Part shown: positions 13,201-29,634 of the stretch, in pieces
Numbering within the stretch: position 1 is the stretch's first letter
Layout: every line of letters starts with the position of its first letter
Source: Pecten maximus
Taxonomy: Eukaryota
Direction: 5' to 3'
Assembly: GCF_902652985.1 (NCBI RefSeq)
Contig: NC_047016.1
Span: forward strand, 17,732,001-17,796,000
Length of the DNA: 64,000 nucleotides
Notes under the pieces: generated by a model
Seen by the model: the letters and a program-made list of their open reading frames with translations, nothing else
Database searches by the model: none
Told to the model about the DNA's origin: nothing
Made by a program: the position numbers and the translations under genes

Positions 13201-16200
13201 ATCCCACACCCTACGTGTCTGTAGACTATGATTTTGGGGACTATATCCTACACTCTATGTGTCTGTAGACTATGATTTTGGGGACTATATCCTACACCCT
13301 ACGTGTCTGTAGACCTGATTTTGGGGACTATATCCTACACCCTACGTGTCTGTAGACTATGATTTTGGGGACTATATCCTACACCCTACGTGTCTGTAGA
13401 CCTGATTTTGGGGACTATATCCTACACTCTACGTGTCTGTAGACTATGATTTTGGGGACTATATCCTACACCCTACGTGTCTGTAGAGTATGAGTTTGGG
13501 GACTACATCCTACACCCTACGTGTCTGTAGACCTGATTTTGGGGACTATATCCTACATCCTACGTGTCTGTAGACTATGAGTTTGGGGACTATATCCTAC
13601 ACCCTACGTGTCTGTAGACTATGAGTTTGGGGACTATATCCTACACCCTACGTGTCTGTAGACCTGATTTTGGGGACTATATCCTACACCTTACGTGTCT
13701 GTAGACTATGATTTTGGGGACTATATCCTACACCCTACGTGTCTGTAGACCTGATTTTGGGGACTATATCCTACACCCTATGTGTCTGTATACTATGATT
13801 TTGGGGACTATATCCTACACCCTACGTGTCTGTATACTATGATTTTGGGGACTATATCCTACATCCTACGTGTCTGTAGACTATGATTTTGGGGACTATA
13901 TCCTACACCCTATGTGTCTGTATACTATGATTTTGGGGTCTATATCCTACACCCTACGTGTCTGTAGACTATGCTTTTGGGGACTATATCCTACACCCTA
14001 CGTGTCTGTAGACTATGAGTTTGGGGACTATATCCTACACACTACGTGTCTGTAGACCTGATTTTGGGGACTATATCCTACACCCTACGTGTCTGTAGAC
14101 TATGAGTTTGGGGACTATATCCTACACCCTACGTGTCTGTAGACCTGATTTTGGGGACTATATCCTACACCCTACGTGTCTGTAGACTATGATTTTGGGG
14201 ACTATATCATACACCCTACGTGTCTGTATACTATGATTTTGGGGACTATATCCTACACCCTACGTGTCTGTAGACTATGATTTTGGGGACTATATCATAC
14301 ACCCTATGTGCCTGTAGACTATGATTTTGGGGACTATATCCTACACCCTACGTGTCTGTAGACTATGAGTTTGGGGACTATATCCTACACCCTACGTGTC
14401 TGTAGACCTGATTTTGGGGACTATATATACACACTACGTGTCTGTATACTATGATTTTGGGGACTATATCCTACACCCTACGTGTCTGTAGACTATGATT
14501 TTGGGGACTATATCATACACCCTACGTGTCTGTAGACCTGATTTTGGGGACTATATCCTACACCCAACGTGTCTGTAGACCTGATTTTGGGGACTATATC
14601 CTACACCCTACGTGTCTGTATACTATGATTTTGGGGACTATATCATACACCCTACGTGCCTATAGACTATGCTTTTGGGGACTATATCCTACACCCTACG
14701 TGTCTGTAGACTATGAGTTTGGGGGACTATATCCTACACCCTACGTGTCTGTAGACCTGATTTTGGGGACTATATCCTACACCCTACGTGTCTGTAGACT
14801 ATGATTTTGGGGACTATATCCTACACCCTACGTGTCTGTAGACCTGATTTTGGGGACTATATCCTACACTCTACGTGTCTGTAGACTATGATTTTGGGGA
14901 CTATATCCTACACCCTACGTGTCTGTAGGCTATGAGTTTGGGGACTATATCCTACACCCTACGTGCCTGTAGACTATGATTTTGGGGACTATATCATACA
15001 CCCTACGGGTCTGTAGACTATGATTTTGGGGACTATATCATACACCCTACGGGTCTGTAGACTATGATTTTGGGGACTATATCCTACACCCTACGTGTCT
15101 GTAGACCTGATTTTGGGGACTATATCCTACACCCTACGTGTCTGTAGACTATGATTTTGGGGACTATATCCTACACCCTACGTGTCTGTAGACTATGATT
15201 TTGGGGACTATATCCTACACCCTACGTGTCTGTAGACTATGATTTTGGGGACTATATCCTACACCCTACGTGTCTGTAGACTATGATTTTGGGGACTATA
15301 TCCTACACCCTACGTGTCTGTAGACTATGATTTTGGGGACTATATCCTACACCCTACGTGTCTGTAGACTATGATTTTGGGGACTATATCCTACACTCTA
15401 TGTGTCTGTAGACTATGATTTTGGGGACTATATCCTACACCCTATGTGTCTGTAGACTATGATTTTGGGGACTATATCCTACACCCTATGTGTCTGTAGA
15501 CTATGATTTTGGGGACTATATCCTACACCCTACGTGTCTGTAGACCTGATTTTGGGGACTATATCCTACACCCTACGTGTCTGTAGAGTATGAGTTTGGG
15601 GACTATATCCTACATCCTACGTGTCTGTAGACCTGATTTTGGGGACTATATCCTACACCCTACGTGTCTGTAGACCTGATTTTGGGGACTATATCCTACA
15701 TCCTACGTGTCTGTAGACTATGAGTTTGGGGACTATATCCTACACCCTACGTGTCTGTATACTATGATTTTGGGGACTATATCCTACACCCTACGTGTCT
15801 GTATACTATGATTTTGGGGACTATATCCTACACCCTACGTGTCTGTAGACTATGATTTTGGGGACTATATCCTACACCCTACGTGTCTGTAGACTATGAG
15901 TTTGGGGGACTATATCCTACACCCTACGTGTCTGTAGACCTGATTTTGGGGACTATATCCTACACCCTACGTGTCTGTAGACTATGAGTTTGGGGGACTA
16001 TATCCTACACCCTACGTGTCTGTAGACCTGATTTTGGGGACTATATCCTACACCCTACGTGTCTGTAGACTATGATTTTGGGGACTATATCCTACACCCT
16101 ACGTGTCTGTAGACCTGATTTTGGGGACTATATCCTACACCCTACGTGTCTGTAGACTATGATTTTGGGGACTATATCCCACACCCTACGTGTCTGTAGA

Positions 16201-17435
16201 CTATGATTTTGGGGACTATATCCTACACTCTATGTGTCTGTAGACTATGATTTTGGGGACTATATCCTACACCCTACGTGTCTGTAGACCTGATTTTGGG
16301 GACTATATCCTACACCCTACGTGTCTGTAGACTATGATTTTGGGGACTATATCCTACACCCTACGTGTCTGTAGACCTGATTTTGGGGACTATATCCTAC
16401 ACTCTACGTGTCTGTAGACTATGATTTTGGGGACTATATCCTACACCCTACGTGTCTGTAGAGTATGAGTTTGGGGACTACATCCTACACCCTACGTGTC
16501 TGTAGACCTGATTTTGGGGACTATATCCTACATCCTACGTGTCTGTAGACTATGAGTTTGGGGACTATATCCTACACCCTACGTGTCTGTAGACTATGAG
16601 TTTGGGGACTATATCCTACACCCTACGTGTCTGTAGACCTGATTTTGGGGACTATATCCTACACCTTACGTGTCTGTAGACTATGATTTTGGGGACTATA
16701 TCCTACACCCTACGTGTCTGTAGACCTGATTTTGGGGACTATATCCTACACCCTATGTGTCTGTATACTATGATTTTGGGGACTATATCCTACACCCTAC
16801 GTGTCTGTATACTATGATTTTGGGGACTATATCCTACATCCTACGTGTCTGTAGACTATGATTTTGGGGACTATATCCTACACCCTATGTGTCTGTATAC
16901 TATGATTTTGGGGTCTATATCCTACACCCTACGTGTCTGTAGACTATGCTTTTGGGGACTATATCCTACACCTTCCTTGTGTCTGTAGACCTGATTTTGG
17001 GGACTATATCCTACACACTACGTGTCTGTAGACTATGATTTTGGGGACTATATCCTACACTCTATGTGTCTGTAGACTATGATTTTGGGGACTATATCCT
17101 ACACCCTACGTGTCTGTAGGCTATGAGTTTGGGGACTATATCCTACACCCTACGTGCCTGTAGACTATGATTTTGGGGACTACATCCTACACCCTACGTG
17201 TCTGTAGACTATGATTTTGGGGCCTACATCCTACACCCTACGTGTCTGTAGACTATGATTTTGGGGACTACATCCTACACCCTACGTGTCTGTAGACTAT
17301 GATTTTGGGGACTACATCCTACACCCTACGTGTCTGTAGACTATGATTTTGGGGACTACATCCTACACCCTACGTGCCTGTAGACTATGATTTTGGGGCC
17401 TACATCCTACACCCTACGTGCTTGCAGACTATGGT
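10206..17435. repeat. 44-bp satellite, ~7.2 kb (gattttggggactatatcctacaccctacgtgtctgtagactat)
   Basis: Tandem units read directly; 43-bp variant units interspersed. Confidence 0.98.
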
Positions 17436-18615
17436 TTTCTGAGGTCCAACCTGTTTCGTATGCCGAGCGTATATTATTTTTACGACGAGCAAACATGGCC
17501 GCAGAACGGCGCGTCGCGAGCCAACGGTGAGAACAGAAACCAAGACATTTAATTTTTTTAAGGTTCAATAAATTTTTATTTTCAAAGACACCAACAAATG
17601 CAAAAATTTCCTCATACATGAGGGCTAGCATTCGCCATACTTCATTCATCCATTCATTTCATCTATCTGTTACATATATTAATTCATTTTAACCACGCAG
17701 TCATTCATTCTGCTGCTATAACGATAACGATTCTGGGAAGTAATTAGGAGAGAAACCCAGACATATTATGTATATTGACTGCAAGATTCTAATGATTATC
17801 GCGTTTGTTTGTCGTTTACATTCATGGCACACATTTTTTGGTTTATAATTATTGAGCAGTTAACCCGATATTCTGCGACAAAAAAGCGCCCCACATTCGC
17901 CCCCTGACGCTGTATGTGGACTAAAGTCCATTTTAACAAGTGTATGACAAACAACCACTTCTTATTACTTTGTAATCAATATTTATCCTTGTTTCCGTCA
18001 CGATGATTCCCTATATCTTACGTACCGTTGTTTAACGACCTTCATCGTGATTTATTCGGTCATTGTTTAGACATTGAAAGACAAAGTGATTGACTGTTTT
18101 CGAAGCGTACCAGTCTGCGTAACCTGATAATAAAAGAATACAATAAGAAAAATAAAAATGCAACGGTTGACACTTATTGATGTATGACATATTTGCTTGG
18201 TTATTTTTTGTGACAGCTATCCAGACTCGGAACACACTCGAGATGTCTAGACACCTGTTAGAGAAGAGATAGCCCGAGTTTCCTCTGGTCCCGACACCTG
18301 GCCCTAGGGCCAACCCTGGACTATTGGGGGGACGTTAAACAATGAAAAACAAAATATACAAACAGTGACAAAAGCATGGAAATGTTCAACTTAAAGATGA
18401 CATAGTTGGCTGTGTTTGTCATACTTATCCAGCTGAGACAGCATAGAGGCAAATGTTGGATGCTGTTTTATGTCCCATCATATAGTGTAAACTGCTCAGA
18501 CACTTCTAAACCAAACAATGGCAGTAATTATGTCTGCTACGAATGGAACAGGCATTTTTTGTCATCTCACCGAAACGCAATATTCAAAGGAGTCCTGCGC
18601 TTTCTACAATCATAA

Positions 18616-20300
18616 TATAAAGAGAGGGTATTGAGTGCACAAGTGAAAAAGTACAGACATATTCTGTCATACGAGTGAAATATATGTTATATTCAACGGA
18701 AAACCATTCAATTTTCTTTTTATCGCATTTTTATGCTAAAAACCCCAATTAAAAACATAGAAAAAATAATAGTGCCAAAAAGTGCGGGAATCAGTTACAC
18801 AACTTATGACGTCGTCTCTTTGTGACGTTACTCCACGTCAACTTTACGGCGTCATTATGAAAGGGCTGGTCAACACAATTTAAGCGTTTTCTGCTGTTAT
18901 CGGAGAATCCGTGCATGTAAAGCTAACATCAATTGAGTATTTTGTCAAAAACTGGTCTGAATATTTCCAACTACAGCAAAATAACCTATTTGTCTATCTT
19001 AACTTCGATTGGAAAAATCAGGCAAGTTTCAATGAGGTGAATACAAAGGTTCGCTCTGATTCGCTTCAAAATATTATATTTACATTCTGTGTTGCATTTG
19101 TCTATATGTCGTTAGTAAACCAAATTGTATTCATGAGAGTGTATACTACAATTTACAGTGATTCGGTCAGTGCAGGAATATTACAGCTCCAGGTGTTGTA
19201 GGTTTAACAATGGCCGCTATGGCCAGTTACTTTCGGCCTAACGGTTAGAGATCTTTCGAATGCTAGCATTTATTAACCGAAGCCACAACAAAAAATAAAG
19301 CAATATCACAAGTTATGAGAGTATAATTTTATGATACTAAAAATGTAGTCAACACGAAATTACTATAAGCGCCATTCTTGATCTATACGAAATTATCAAA
19401 TTGTCAATGTCGTCACACTCACAGGGGCTCGTTTCCAAATTTTCAGAAATGAAAGACACGACAACATTAAAAGTCAAGTATTTATAAAAAAAAATCTTGT
19501 AAAAAAAATCGGGAGTATCGACATAGTTTCCGGTTGTGTATGTATATGCCTACTGGATTTTAGTTTTGTGATTATTCACTGATAGCAAAGGCCTACCTTA
19601 CAAAATCGAGCCCCTGTGAAGTTGAAAATCGTCTGCTAAGTTAGCGACACTGATGTGACCGGTTAGACTGGAATCTGTTTCGAACGAAATATCCTTGGAA
19701 TCGTTTTCACCTACAAATATACTATCAAGACAACTTTTATTAAGAATTAAGAGCTGTTATTCTTCTGAAAATATCGTAAATCCAGTCAATACCAGAAACA
19801 TAAGTGTTTCCGAGGAATCGAGTCTGTCCTGTGCAATGCCCGTTCCACGCCGCATCACTTCTAAATGTTAATCGTACATCATTGCGCATAAAACGGTTTC
19901 GATTTTAAACAATCAGAAATTATGTAATTATGAACAATTTGACGATACCTACACACGTATATGAAATATAAAATAAAGCCAAATTTGTGCAAAAACCACT
20001 TTATGTGTTTGCTATTAATAACGTCATGAGGGACTATATCTTTTCTTCTGGAAATTTCGCTGTTCCGGTATTTGAACTTGATGACGTCAGTGATAGGGTA
20101 AGCGGCAAATTTAAACGCGTCATAACCTACAGTAAATAAAAAATCTTTATGAATGTAAATATAAGCATTGAACTGTTACCAAATGGTAGTATACAGTCGA
20201 TATGAATACAATAAATATTTTTACTGCACATCGCTGCAATGAAAATGTTAGTTTAATCATTTTAATAAATTTCTATATTTTACTGGCAAAAATCCAATAA
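18616..20300. mobile_element. Long copy of a dispersed repeat, containing a nested ~200-bp TIR element
   Basis: Shares two blocks with 5850-6114; boundaries approximate. Confidence 0.45.
19419..19619. mobile_element. Candidate MITE with 13-bp terminal inverted repeats
   Basis: tcacaggggctcg (19419-19431) and cgagcccctgtga (19607-19619) are exact inverses; no clear TSD. Confidence 0.55.
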
Positions 20301-20357
20301 CTATGTTTATTTTTCACCGTTGGCTCCCGAAACGATGTTCTGCGGTCATAATTGCTC

Positions 20358-23300
20358 ATCATACCAAACTACACTCTCGCTATACCATATTACACGCTCG
20401 CCATACCATATTACACGCTCGCCATACCATTATTACACGCTCGCTATACCATATTACACGCTCGCCATACCATATTACACGCTCGCCATACCATTATTAC
20501 ACGCTCGCTATACCATATTACACGCTCGTCATACCATATTACACGCTCGCCATACCATATTACACTCTCGTCATACCATATTACACGCTCGCCATACCAT
20601 ATTATACGCTGGTCATACCATATTACACGCTCGCCATACCAAATTACACTCTCGCCATACCATATTACACGCTCGCCATACCAAATTACACGCTCGCCAT
20701 ACCATATTACACGCTCGCCATACCAAATTACACGCTCGCCATACCATATTACACGCTCGCCATACCATATTACACGCTCGTCATACCATATTACACGCTC
20801 GCCATACCATATTACACGCTCGCCATACCATATTACACGCTCGCCATACCATATTACACGCTCACCATACCAAACTACACTCTCGCCATACCATATTACA
20901 CGCTCGCCATACCATATTACACGCTCGCCATACCAAATTACAATATCGTCATACCATATTACACGCTCGCCATACCATATTACACGCTCGCCATACCATA
21001 TTACACGCTCGCCATACCAAATTACAATATCGTCATACCATATTACACACTCGCCATACCATATTACACGCTCGCCATATCATATTACACGCTCGCCATA
21101 CCAAATTACACGCTCGCCATACCATATTACACGCTCGTCATACCATATTACACGCTCGTCATACCATATTACACGCTCGTCAAACCATATTACACGCTCG
21201 CCATACCATATAACACGCTCGCCATACCAAACTACACTCTCGTCATATCATACTACACGCTCGTCATACCATATTGCACTCTCGTCATACCAAATTTCAC
21301 GCTCGCCATACCATATTACACGCTCGCTATACAATATTACACGCTCGTCATACCATATTACACGCTCGTCATACCATATTACACGCTCGTCATACCATAT
21401 TACACGCTCGCCATACCATATAACACGCTCGCCATACCAAACTACACTCTCGTCATATCATATTGCACTCTCGTCATACCATATTACACGCTCGCCATAC
21501 CAAACTACACTATCGTCATACCATATTACACGCTCGCCATACCAAACTACACTCCCGTCATACCATATTACATGCTCGCCATACCAAACTACACGCTCGC
21601 CATACCATATTACACGCTCGCCATACCATATTACACGCTCGCCATACCAAACTACACGTTCGCCATACCAAACTACACTCTCGTCATACCATATTACACG
21701 CTCGCCATACCAAACTACACTCTCGCCATACCATATTACACGTTCGTCATACCAAACTACACTATCGTCATACCATATTACACGCTCGTCATACCATATT
21801 ACACGCTCGCCATACCATATTACACGTTCGCCATACCATATTACACGCTCGTCATACCATATTACACGCTCGTCATACCATATTACACGCTCGCCATACG
21901 ATATTACACGCTTGCCATACCAAATTACACGCTCGCCATACCATATTACACGCTCGCAATACCATATTACACGCTCGCCATACCATATTACACGCTCGTC
22001 ATACCATATTACACGCTCGCCATACCATATTACACGTTCGCCATACCATATTACACGCTCGTCATACCATATTACACGCTCGCCATACCATATTACACGC
22101 TCGCCATACCATATTACACGCTCGCCATACCATATTACACGCTCGTCATACCATATAACACGCTCGCCATACCATATTACACGTTCGCCATACCATATTA
22201 CACACTCGCCATACCAAACTACACTATCGTCATACCATATTACACGCTCGTCATACCATATTACACGCTCGCCATACCATATTACACGCTCGTCATACCA
22301 TATTACACGCTCACCATACCAAACTACACTCTCGTCATACCGTATTACACACTCGCCATACCATATTACACGCTCGCCATACCAAACTACACTATCGTCA
22401 TACCATATTACACGCTCGCCATACCAAACTACACGCTCGTCATACCATATTACACGCTCGCCATACCATATTACACGTTCGCCATACCATATTACACGCT
22501 CGTCATACCATATTACACGCTCGTCATACCATATTACACGCTCGCCATACCATATTACACGCTTGCCATACCATATTACACGCTCGCCATACCATATTAC
22601 ACGCTCGCCATACCATATTACACGCTCGCCATACCATATTACACGCTCGTCATACCATATTACACGCTCGCCATACCATATTACACGTTCGTCATACCAT
22701 ATTACACGCTCGCCATACCATATTACACGCTCGCCATACCATATTACACGCTCGACATACCATATTACACGCTCGTCATACCATATTACACGCTCGCCAT
22801 ACCATATTACACGTTCGCCATACCATATTACACGCTCGCCATACCAAACTACACTATCGTCATACCATATTACACGCTCGCCATACCAAACTACACTCTC
22901 GTCATACCATATTACACGCTCGCCATACCAAACTACACGCTCGTCATACCATATTACACGCTCGCCATACCAAACTACACTCTCGCCATACCAAACTACA
23001 CTCTCGTCATACCATATTACACGCTCGTCATACCATATTACACGCTCGCCATACCATATTACACGTTCGCCATACCAAACTACACGCTCGTGATACCATA
23101 TTACACGCTCGCCATACCAAACTACACTATCGTCATACCATATTACACGCTCGCCATACCAAACTACACTCTCGTCATACCATATTACACGCTCGCCATA
23201 CCATATTACACGCTCGCCATACCAAACTACACTCTCGCCATACCATATTACACGCTCGCCATACCAAACTACACTATCGTCATACCATATTACACGCTCG

Positions 23301-23499
23301 TCATACCATATTACACGCTCGCCATACCATATTACACGTTTGCCATACCATATTACACGCTCGTCATACCATATTACACGCTCGTCATACCATATTACAC
23401 GCTCGCCATACCATATTACACGCTTGCCATACCAAATTACACGCTCGTCATACCATATTACACGTTCGCCATACCATATTACACGCTCGCCATACCAAA
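20358..23499. repeat. 21-bp minisatellite (ataccatattacacgctcgcc)
   Basis: Tandem units; a unit length divisible by 3 explains the 1131-aa and 913-aa ORFs. Confidence 0.98.
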
Positions 23500-24382
23500 C
23501 ATGTTGTACCCCCTGATTTCAGTCCTTGATTTTGCTGAAGCAATGTCAGGATTTGAAAATAATCCATCAGATATGATATGTATAAGTATTTATATGGTAA
23601 GAAAAAACCACGAAAACAATAACGGATGTAAATTGTCAGAGGCAAATTATCGTAGGTCAATAGCAAAATATGGCAAATATTTGTGCTGTTTGAGATAAGA
23701 GCTGTCTGTTGAATATTTCTCCTTGATAATACGTTGGTAGGACATTGTTTTAGATTTGCCATTGACCTCGTTATTTACCTCGACGCAGGCTGTTATCGCC
23801 AACAGCGCATCATACCGGGAAATATGCCTGGGAATTAAGTGACAATGATTAACTTGGGGGTTAAATTCCGGGTTATATAGGGAAATAGTATGAATCACAC
23901 TGTAGCAAAATATATTGGAAGAAAAATGGTTTATAAATCTGTAACTAATCGTGAAACAAAAGCTTGGTCACAAAGAATTTCTGAGGATGCAGATTTTTCA
24001 AATTGTTTACTACTTTTACTACTGCACGACTCGTTAAATACACACTATTTTTTTTTGGAAACAAGCACTGCATTACCCAAGCTGTCTCGACAATATAAGT
24101 TATATGATCAAAATTATTGTTTCCATTCGAATTGTAAATTCATAATCCTTATGTCATTACTGTGGATATTTTTATATTGATATTGTGAACCATGTAATTT
24201 TAAACGGTTCACTAACATAATTTATTCATGACAAATTATGGTGTGCAGGATGAATACAATATATAGGGATAGGGACTGAACGGTGTTTTGATTGTGTTTA
24301 CGGTGGTATGAACGCAATGGGATACTGACATATTCTATATAACGCGTTATCGCATTGTGGAAGTACGTCGTGTATTGAAGAC

Positions 24383-27310
24383 GATACTGGGTATTCCGAC
24401 ACAAATTGTGGATAGTGATACTGGATATTCCGACACATATTGTGGACAGTGATACTGGATATTCCGACACATACTGCGGACAGCGATACTGGGTATTCCG
24501 ACACATACTGCGGACAGCGATACTAGATATTCCGACACATACTGCGGACAGTGATACTGGATATTCCGACACATACTGCGGACAGCGATACTGGGTATTC
24601 CGACACATATTGGCGGACAGCGATACTGGATATTCCGACACATATTGCGGACAGTGATACTGGGTATTCCGACACATATTGCGGACAGTGATACTGGGTA
24701 TTCCGACACATATTGTGGACAGTGATACTGGATATTCCGACACATATTGCGGACAGCGATACTGGGTATTCCGACACATATTGCGGACAGCGATACTGGA
24801 TATTCCGACACATATTGTGGACAGTGATACTGGGTATTCCGACACATACTACGGATAGTGATACTGGATATTCCGACACATATTGCGGACGGTGATACTG
24901 GGTATTCCGACACATATTGTGGACAGTGATACTGGATATTCCGACACATTGTGGACAGAGATACTGGACATTCCGACACATATTGCGGACAGCGATACTG
25001 GATATTCCGACACATATTGCGGACAGCGATACTGGATATTCCGACACATATTGCGGACAGTGATACTGGGTATTCCGACACTTATTTCGGACAGTGATAC
25101 TTGGTATTCCGAAACATATTGTGGACAGTGATACTGGGTATTCCGACACATATTGCGGACAGCGATACTGGATATTCCGACACATATTGTGGACAGTGAT
25201 ACTGGGTATTCCGACACATACTACGGATAGTGATACTGGGTATTCCGACACATACTACGGACAGCGATACTGGACATTCCGACACATATTGTGGACAGTG
25301 ATACTGGGTATTCCGACACATATTGTGGACAGCGATACTGGGTATTCCGACACATACTACGGATAGTGATACTGGATATTCCGACACATATTGCGGACGG
25401 TGATACTGGGTATTCCGACACATATTGTGGACAGAGATACTGGACATTCCGACACATACTGCGGACAGCGATACTGGATATTCCGACACATATTGCGGAC
25501 GGTGATACTGGGTATTCCGACACATATTGTGGACAGTGATACTGGATATTCCGACACATTGCGGACAGCGATACTGGATATTCCGACACATATTGTGGAC
25601 AGTGATACTGGATATTCCGACACATATTGCGGACAGTGATACTGGGTATTCCGACACATATTGCGGACAGCGATACTGGATATTCCGACACATATTGCGG
25701 ACAGCGATACTGGATATTCCGACACATATTGCGGACAGTGATACTGGGTATTCCGACACATATTGCGGACAGCGATACTGGATATTCCGACACATATTGC
25801 GGACAGTGATACTGGGTATTCCGACACATATTGTGGACAGTGATACTGGGTATTCCGACACATACTACGGATAGTGATACTGGATATTCCGACACATACT
25901 ACGGACAGTGATACTGGATATTCCGACACATATTGCGGACGGTGATACTGGGTATTCCGACACATATTGTGGACAGTGATACTGGATATTCCGACACATT
26001 TTGGACAGAGATACTGGACATTCCGACACATATTGCGGACAGCGATACTGGATATTCCGACACATATTGCGGACAGCGATACTGGATATTCCGACACATA
26101 TTGCGGACAGTGATACTGGGTATTCCGACACATATTGCGGACAGCGATACTGGATATTCCGACACATATTGTGGACAGTGATACTGGGTATTCCGACACA
26201 TACTACGGATAGTGATACTGGATATTCCGACACATATTGCGGACAGCGATACTGGATATTCCGACACATATTGCGGACGGTGATACTGGGTATTCCGACA
26301 CATACTGCGGACAGCGATACTAGATATTCCGACACATATTGCGGACGGTGATACTGGGTATTCCGACACATATTGTGGACAGTGATACTGGATATTCCGA
26401 CACATTGTGGACAGAGATACTGGACATTCCGACACATATTGCGGACAGCGATACTGGATATTCCGACACATATTGCGGACAGCGATACTGGATATTCCGA
26501 CACATATTGTGGACAGTGATACTGGATATTCCGACACATATTGCGGACAGCGATACTGGATATTCCGACACATATTGATGACAGTGATACTGGGTATTCC
26601 GACACATACTACGGATAGTGATACTGGATATTCCGACACATATTGCGGACGGTGATACTGGGTATTCCGACACATATTGTGGACAGTGATACTGGATATT
26701 CCGACACATTGTGGACAGAGATACTGGACATTCCGACACATATTGCGGACAGCGATACTGGATATTCCGACACATATTGCGGACAGCGATACTGGATATT
26801 CCGACACATATTGCGGACAGTGATACTGGGTATTCCGACACATATTGTGGACAGCGATACTGGATATTCCGACACATTGCGGACAGCGATACTGGATATT
26901 CCGACACATATTGCGGACAGCGATACTGGATATTCCGACACATATTGCGGACAGTGATACTGGGTATTCCGACACATATTGTGGACAGCGATACTGGGTA
27001 TTCCGACACATATTGCGGACAGCGATACTGGATCTTCCGACACATACTGCAGACAGCGATACTGGATATTCCGACACATACTACGGATAGCGATACTGGG
27101 TATTCCGACACATACTGCGGACAGCGATACTGGATCTTCCGACACATACTGCAGACAGCGATACTGGGTATTCCGACACATATTGTGGATAGTGATACTG
27201 GATCTTCCGACACATACTACGGACAGTGATACTGGATATTCCGACACATACTACGGACAGTGATACTGAATATTCCGACACATATTGCGGACAGCGATAC
27301 TGGTTATTCT
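24383..27310. repeat. 34-bp minisatellite (gatactggatattccgacacatattgcggacagc)
   Basis: Tandem units read directly; source of the many overlapping ORFs on both strands. Confidence 0.98.
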
Positions 27311-29634
27311 AGTCTATTGCAGTAACACTGTAGCGCAAATGTAGATATATTATAGAGTATACCTCCGGTGATTTCTGATATTTCTAAACAGATTTAAAGT
27401 GTGTGGTTCGTAGCCCTATATTGCTACTTAGTAGTTTGGAACACCATAGCTGTCACGTATTTTGTAAAAAATAGTATGATTCGGTGTTTTGATTATATTG
27501 TAGGATTTCTTCATTGTTTGACTTGATTTTGTTATGATAAAGCCTACCTCCAAGCTCCTACTCAATATTAAGTTTCCCCGATTGTATATACAAAGGATAT
27601 ATATCAGTGTCTTCAGTAATACCAAATATATTTCACGAGTATGGCTAATATTTTAATATTTTTCAAAAGTGCGTAGACTTCTAGCACGATTGTAAAATAT
27701 CAGAATATTAGCCACATGATGTTATCATATACCATAACGATAAAATCAATCAGACATTGATGAAGCCCTATAATGTAATGGAAATATCAATCCATATAGT
27801 ATTGTGTAATTTTATGCCATATATGAAGTTATGGCGCTTACTGCATTAGAATATAATTACTATTTGTTACAAATCTCTCGATAAGATGACATTAGATATC
27901 AGACGTTAACAGAAGCATTGTAGGAAAGTGTCTACCTGTACCGTACTTATTGGAGTGACCTGTTTGATATATTTCACGAGATAAGATATTTAAGCTACAT
28001 ATGAATCATTGCTTTCTTATCAAGTTTCAAAGGTCAAGGCAGGTCAAGGCAAGTGATATAATTGGGTATAAAACGTGAAGTATAATCAAAAGCTTGGAGC
28101 AAACAGGTCGTGAAATGATACCGCTGTTAGTGCCGAGTTTATTAGGTAGGTGTACAACACAAGACGGACGGTAATGGCGTTAATCAATGACACTACCGCA
28201 GTTCCGTAATTTCTTATCATCATAATTAAAGCTATGCTGGCGTTGTTCATAACTACAAAGTTTTCCATATTTGTTAAAACAATTGATATTTTTGGAGAAC
28301 GTCTATTAGATGGTTTGATGGTTTGTTTCATTAAGTGTTAACGTGCCAGATAATAAATCACGTAAATCCTTGATATTTATGTGTTTATGCCCGACTTTAA
28401 TGCCCTTTTACAGCTGACACATCGGTGAATGTATATCGAAGCTACCCAGGAAACATTACTCATAAAGGTGACAAGCACGGTACACCTGAGCCTGGGAAAG
28501 AAAGAGGCTGTTAAGAGGAAAAATCACATGCCTTGATTTTAATCACGACAAAGCTTTTCTATGAACACATGTCTGTATCAACATGCTCCCCTGTGTATTA
28601 CAAATGCCAGTATGTAATAACAAACATACAAAATAAAATTATCCGATTTCAGAAGTGTCCCATTACCGTCGGGTGTATCTCTGAACGCCAACATTTTGAA
28701 TTTACCTGTAGGGCAGTTTGTTTTGATTGCGATTATAGTCTTTTCCCTAAAAGTAGTCTCAATGCCAACAGGTCATTTCCCTGTAAATGTTACCTGTTGA
28801 TACTACCTGTAGATGAAATTAAGGATTTATAATTAAATATCATATTTATATGCATATCAAAAATATTTATTTTATTTGATATCTAGTTTCAAATTTAAAA
28901 CGACAATACAATATTTTTGCTTGAAAATTATCTTTATGTTCAAAATTATGATTATATTTTATCTTATTTAAGTCTTAAACAATCATTTATACTCATTTTT
29001 AGAATATCTATACATTTGCATTTAGATAAATAAAATGGTTTAACTCTCTCGTTGCAACACTAATTTCCATATAGGCATATGGATATTTTGAATTAATTGA
29101 GTCTAATTTCACAACTTAAGAAAGTTTTGTTCTATATTGATGATAATATATACAGCTACATAAAAGTCTGCACAAACAGCAATATACCTGAAAATATAAC
29201 TTCCCAAAACTTGAAAGTTTCATTGTACAACCAGGTACACATTTAATAACTACTAATTACTACTTTGGTCGCATGTTATTGACTACCTCTCAATACAGGA
29301 CTTGAAAATTTGACAAATTACAAAGAGCGATATTCATCTTCTATGTCACCAGAGCTGCAAACTCTACACAGGCGTTCACTTATATCGACGAATTTCAATA
29401 TTCAGAGTATGTGCTGATAAATGTATTCTATTCAAAGCAATTATTGGTTGTTTTGGTATATATTAATATAGATAACGTTGTAGTGATATATAATCTACTA
29501 AATAATGTAAACATATCTTGTCGCGCATTGTCAATAAAAAAAATTAATACTAAAAAAGTATCTCAATGCAGTTCTTAGTACTAAATAGCTTTAATCAATA
29601 CTTAATTACATTATAATACTGGGTATACGCAATT

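Noticed and set aside
17490-17532. aaacATGGCCGCAGAACGG...CG/GTGAGA, resembling a CpG-rich first coding exon
   Set aside because: No downstream exons could be linked; it sits at a satellite edge and may be transposon-derived.
20303-23698. 1131-aa, 913-aa and related ORFs
   Set aside because: Pure translation of a 21-bp tandem repeat that is open in several frames at once; no gene context.
24222-27281. Dozens of Cys-rich ORFs on both strands
   Set aside because: Artefacts of the 34-bp minisatellite.
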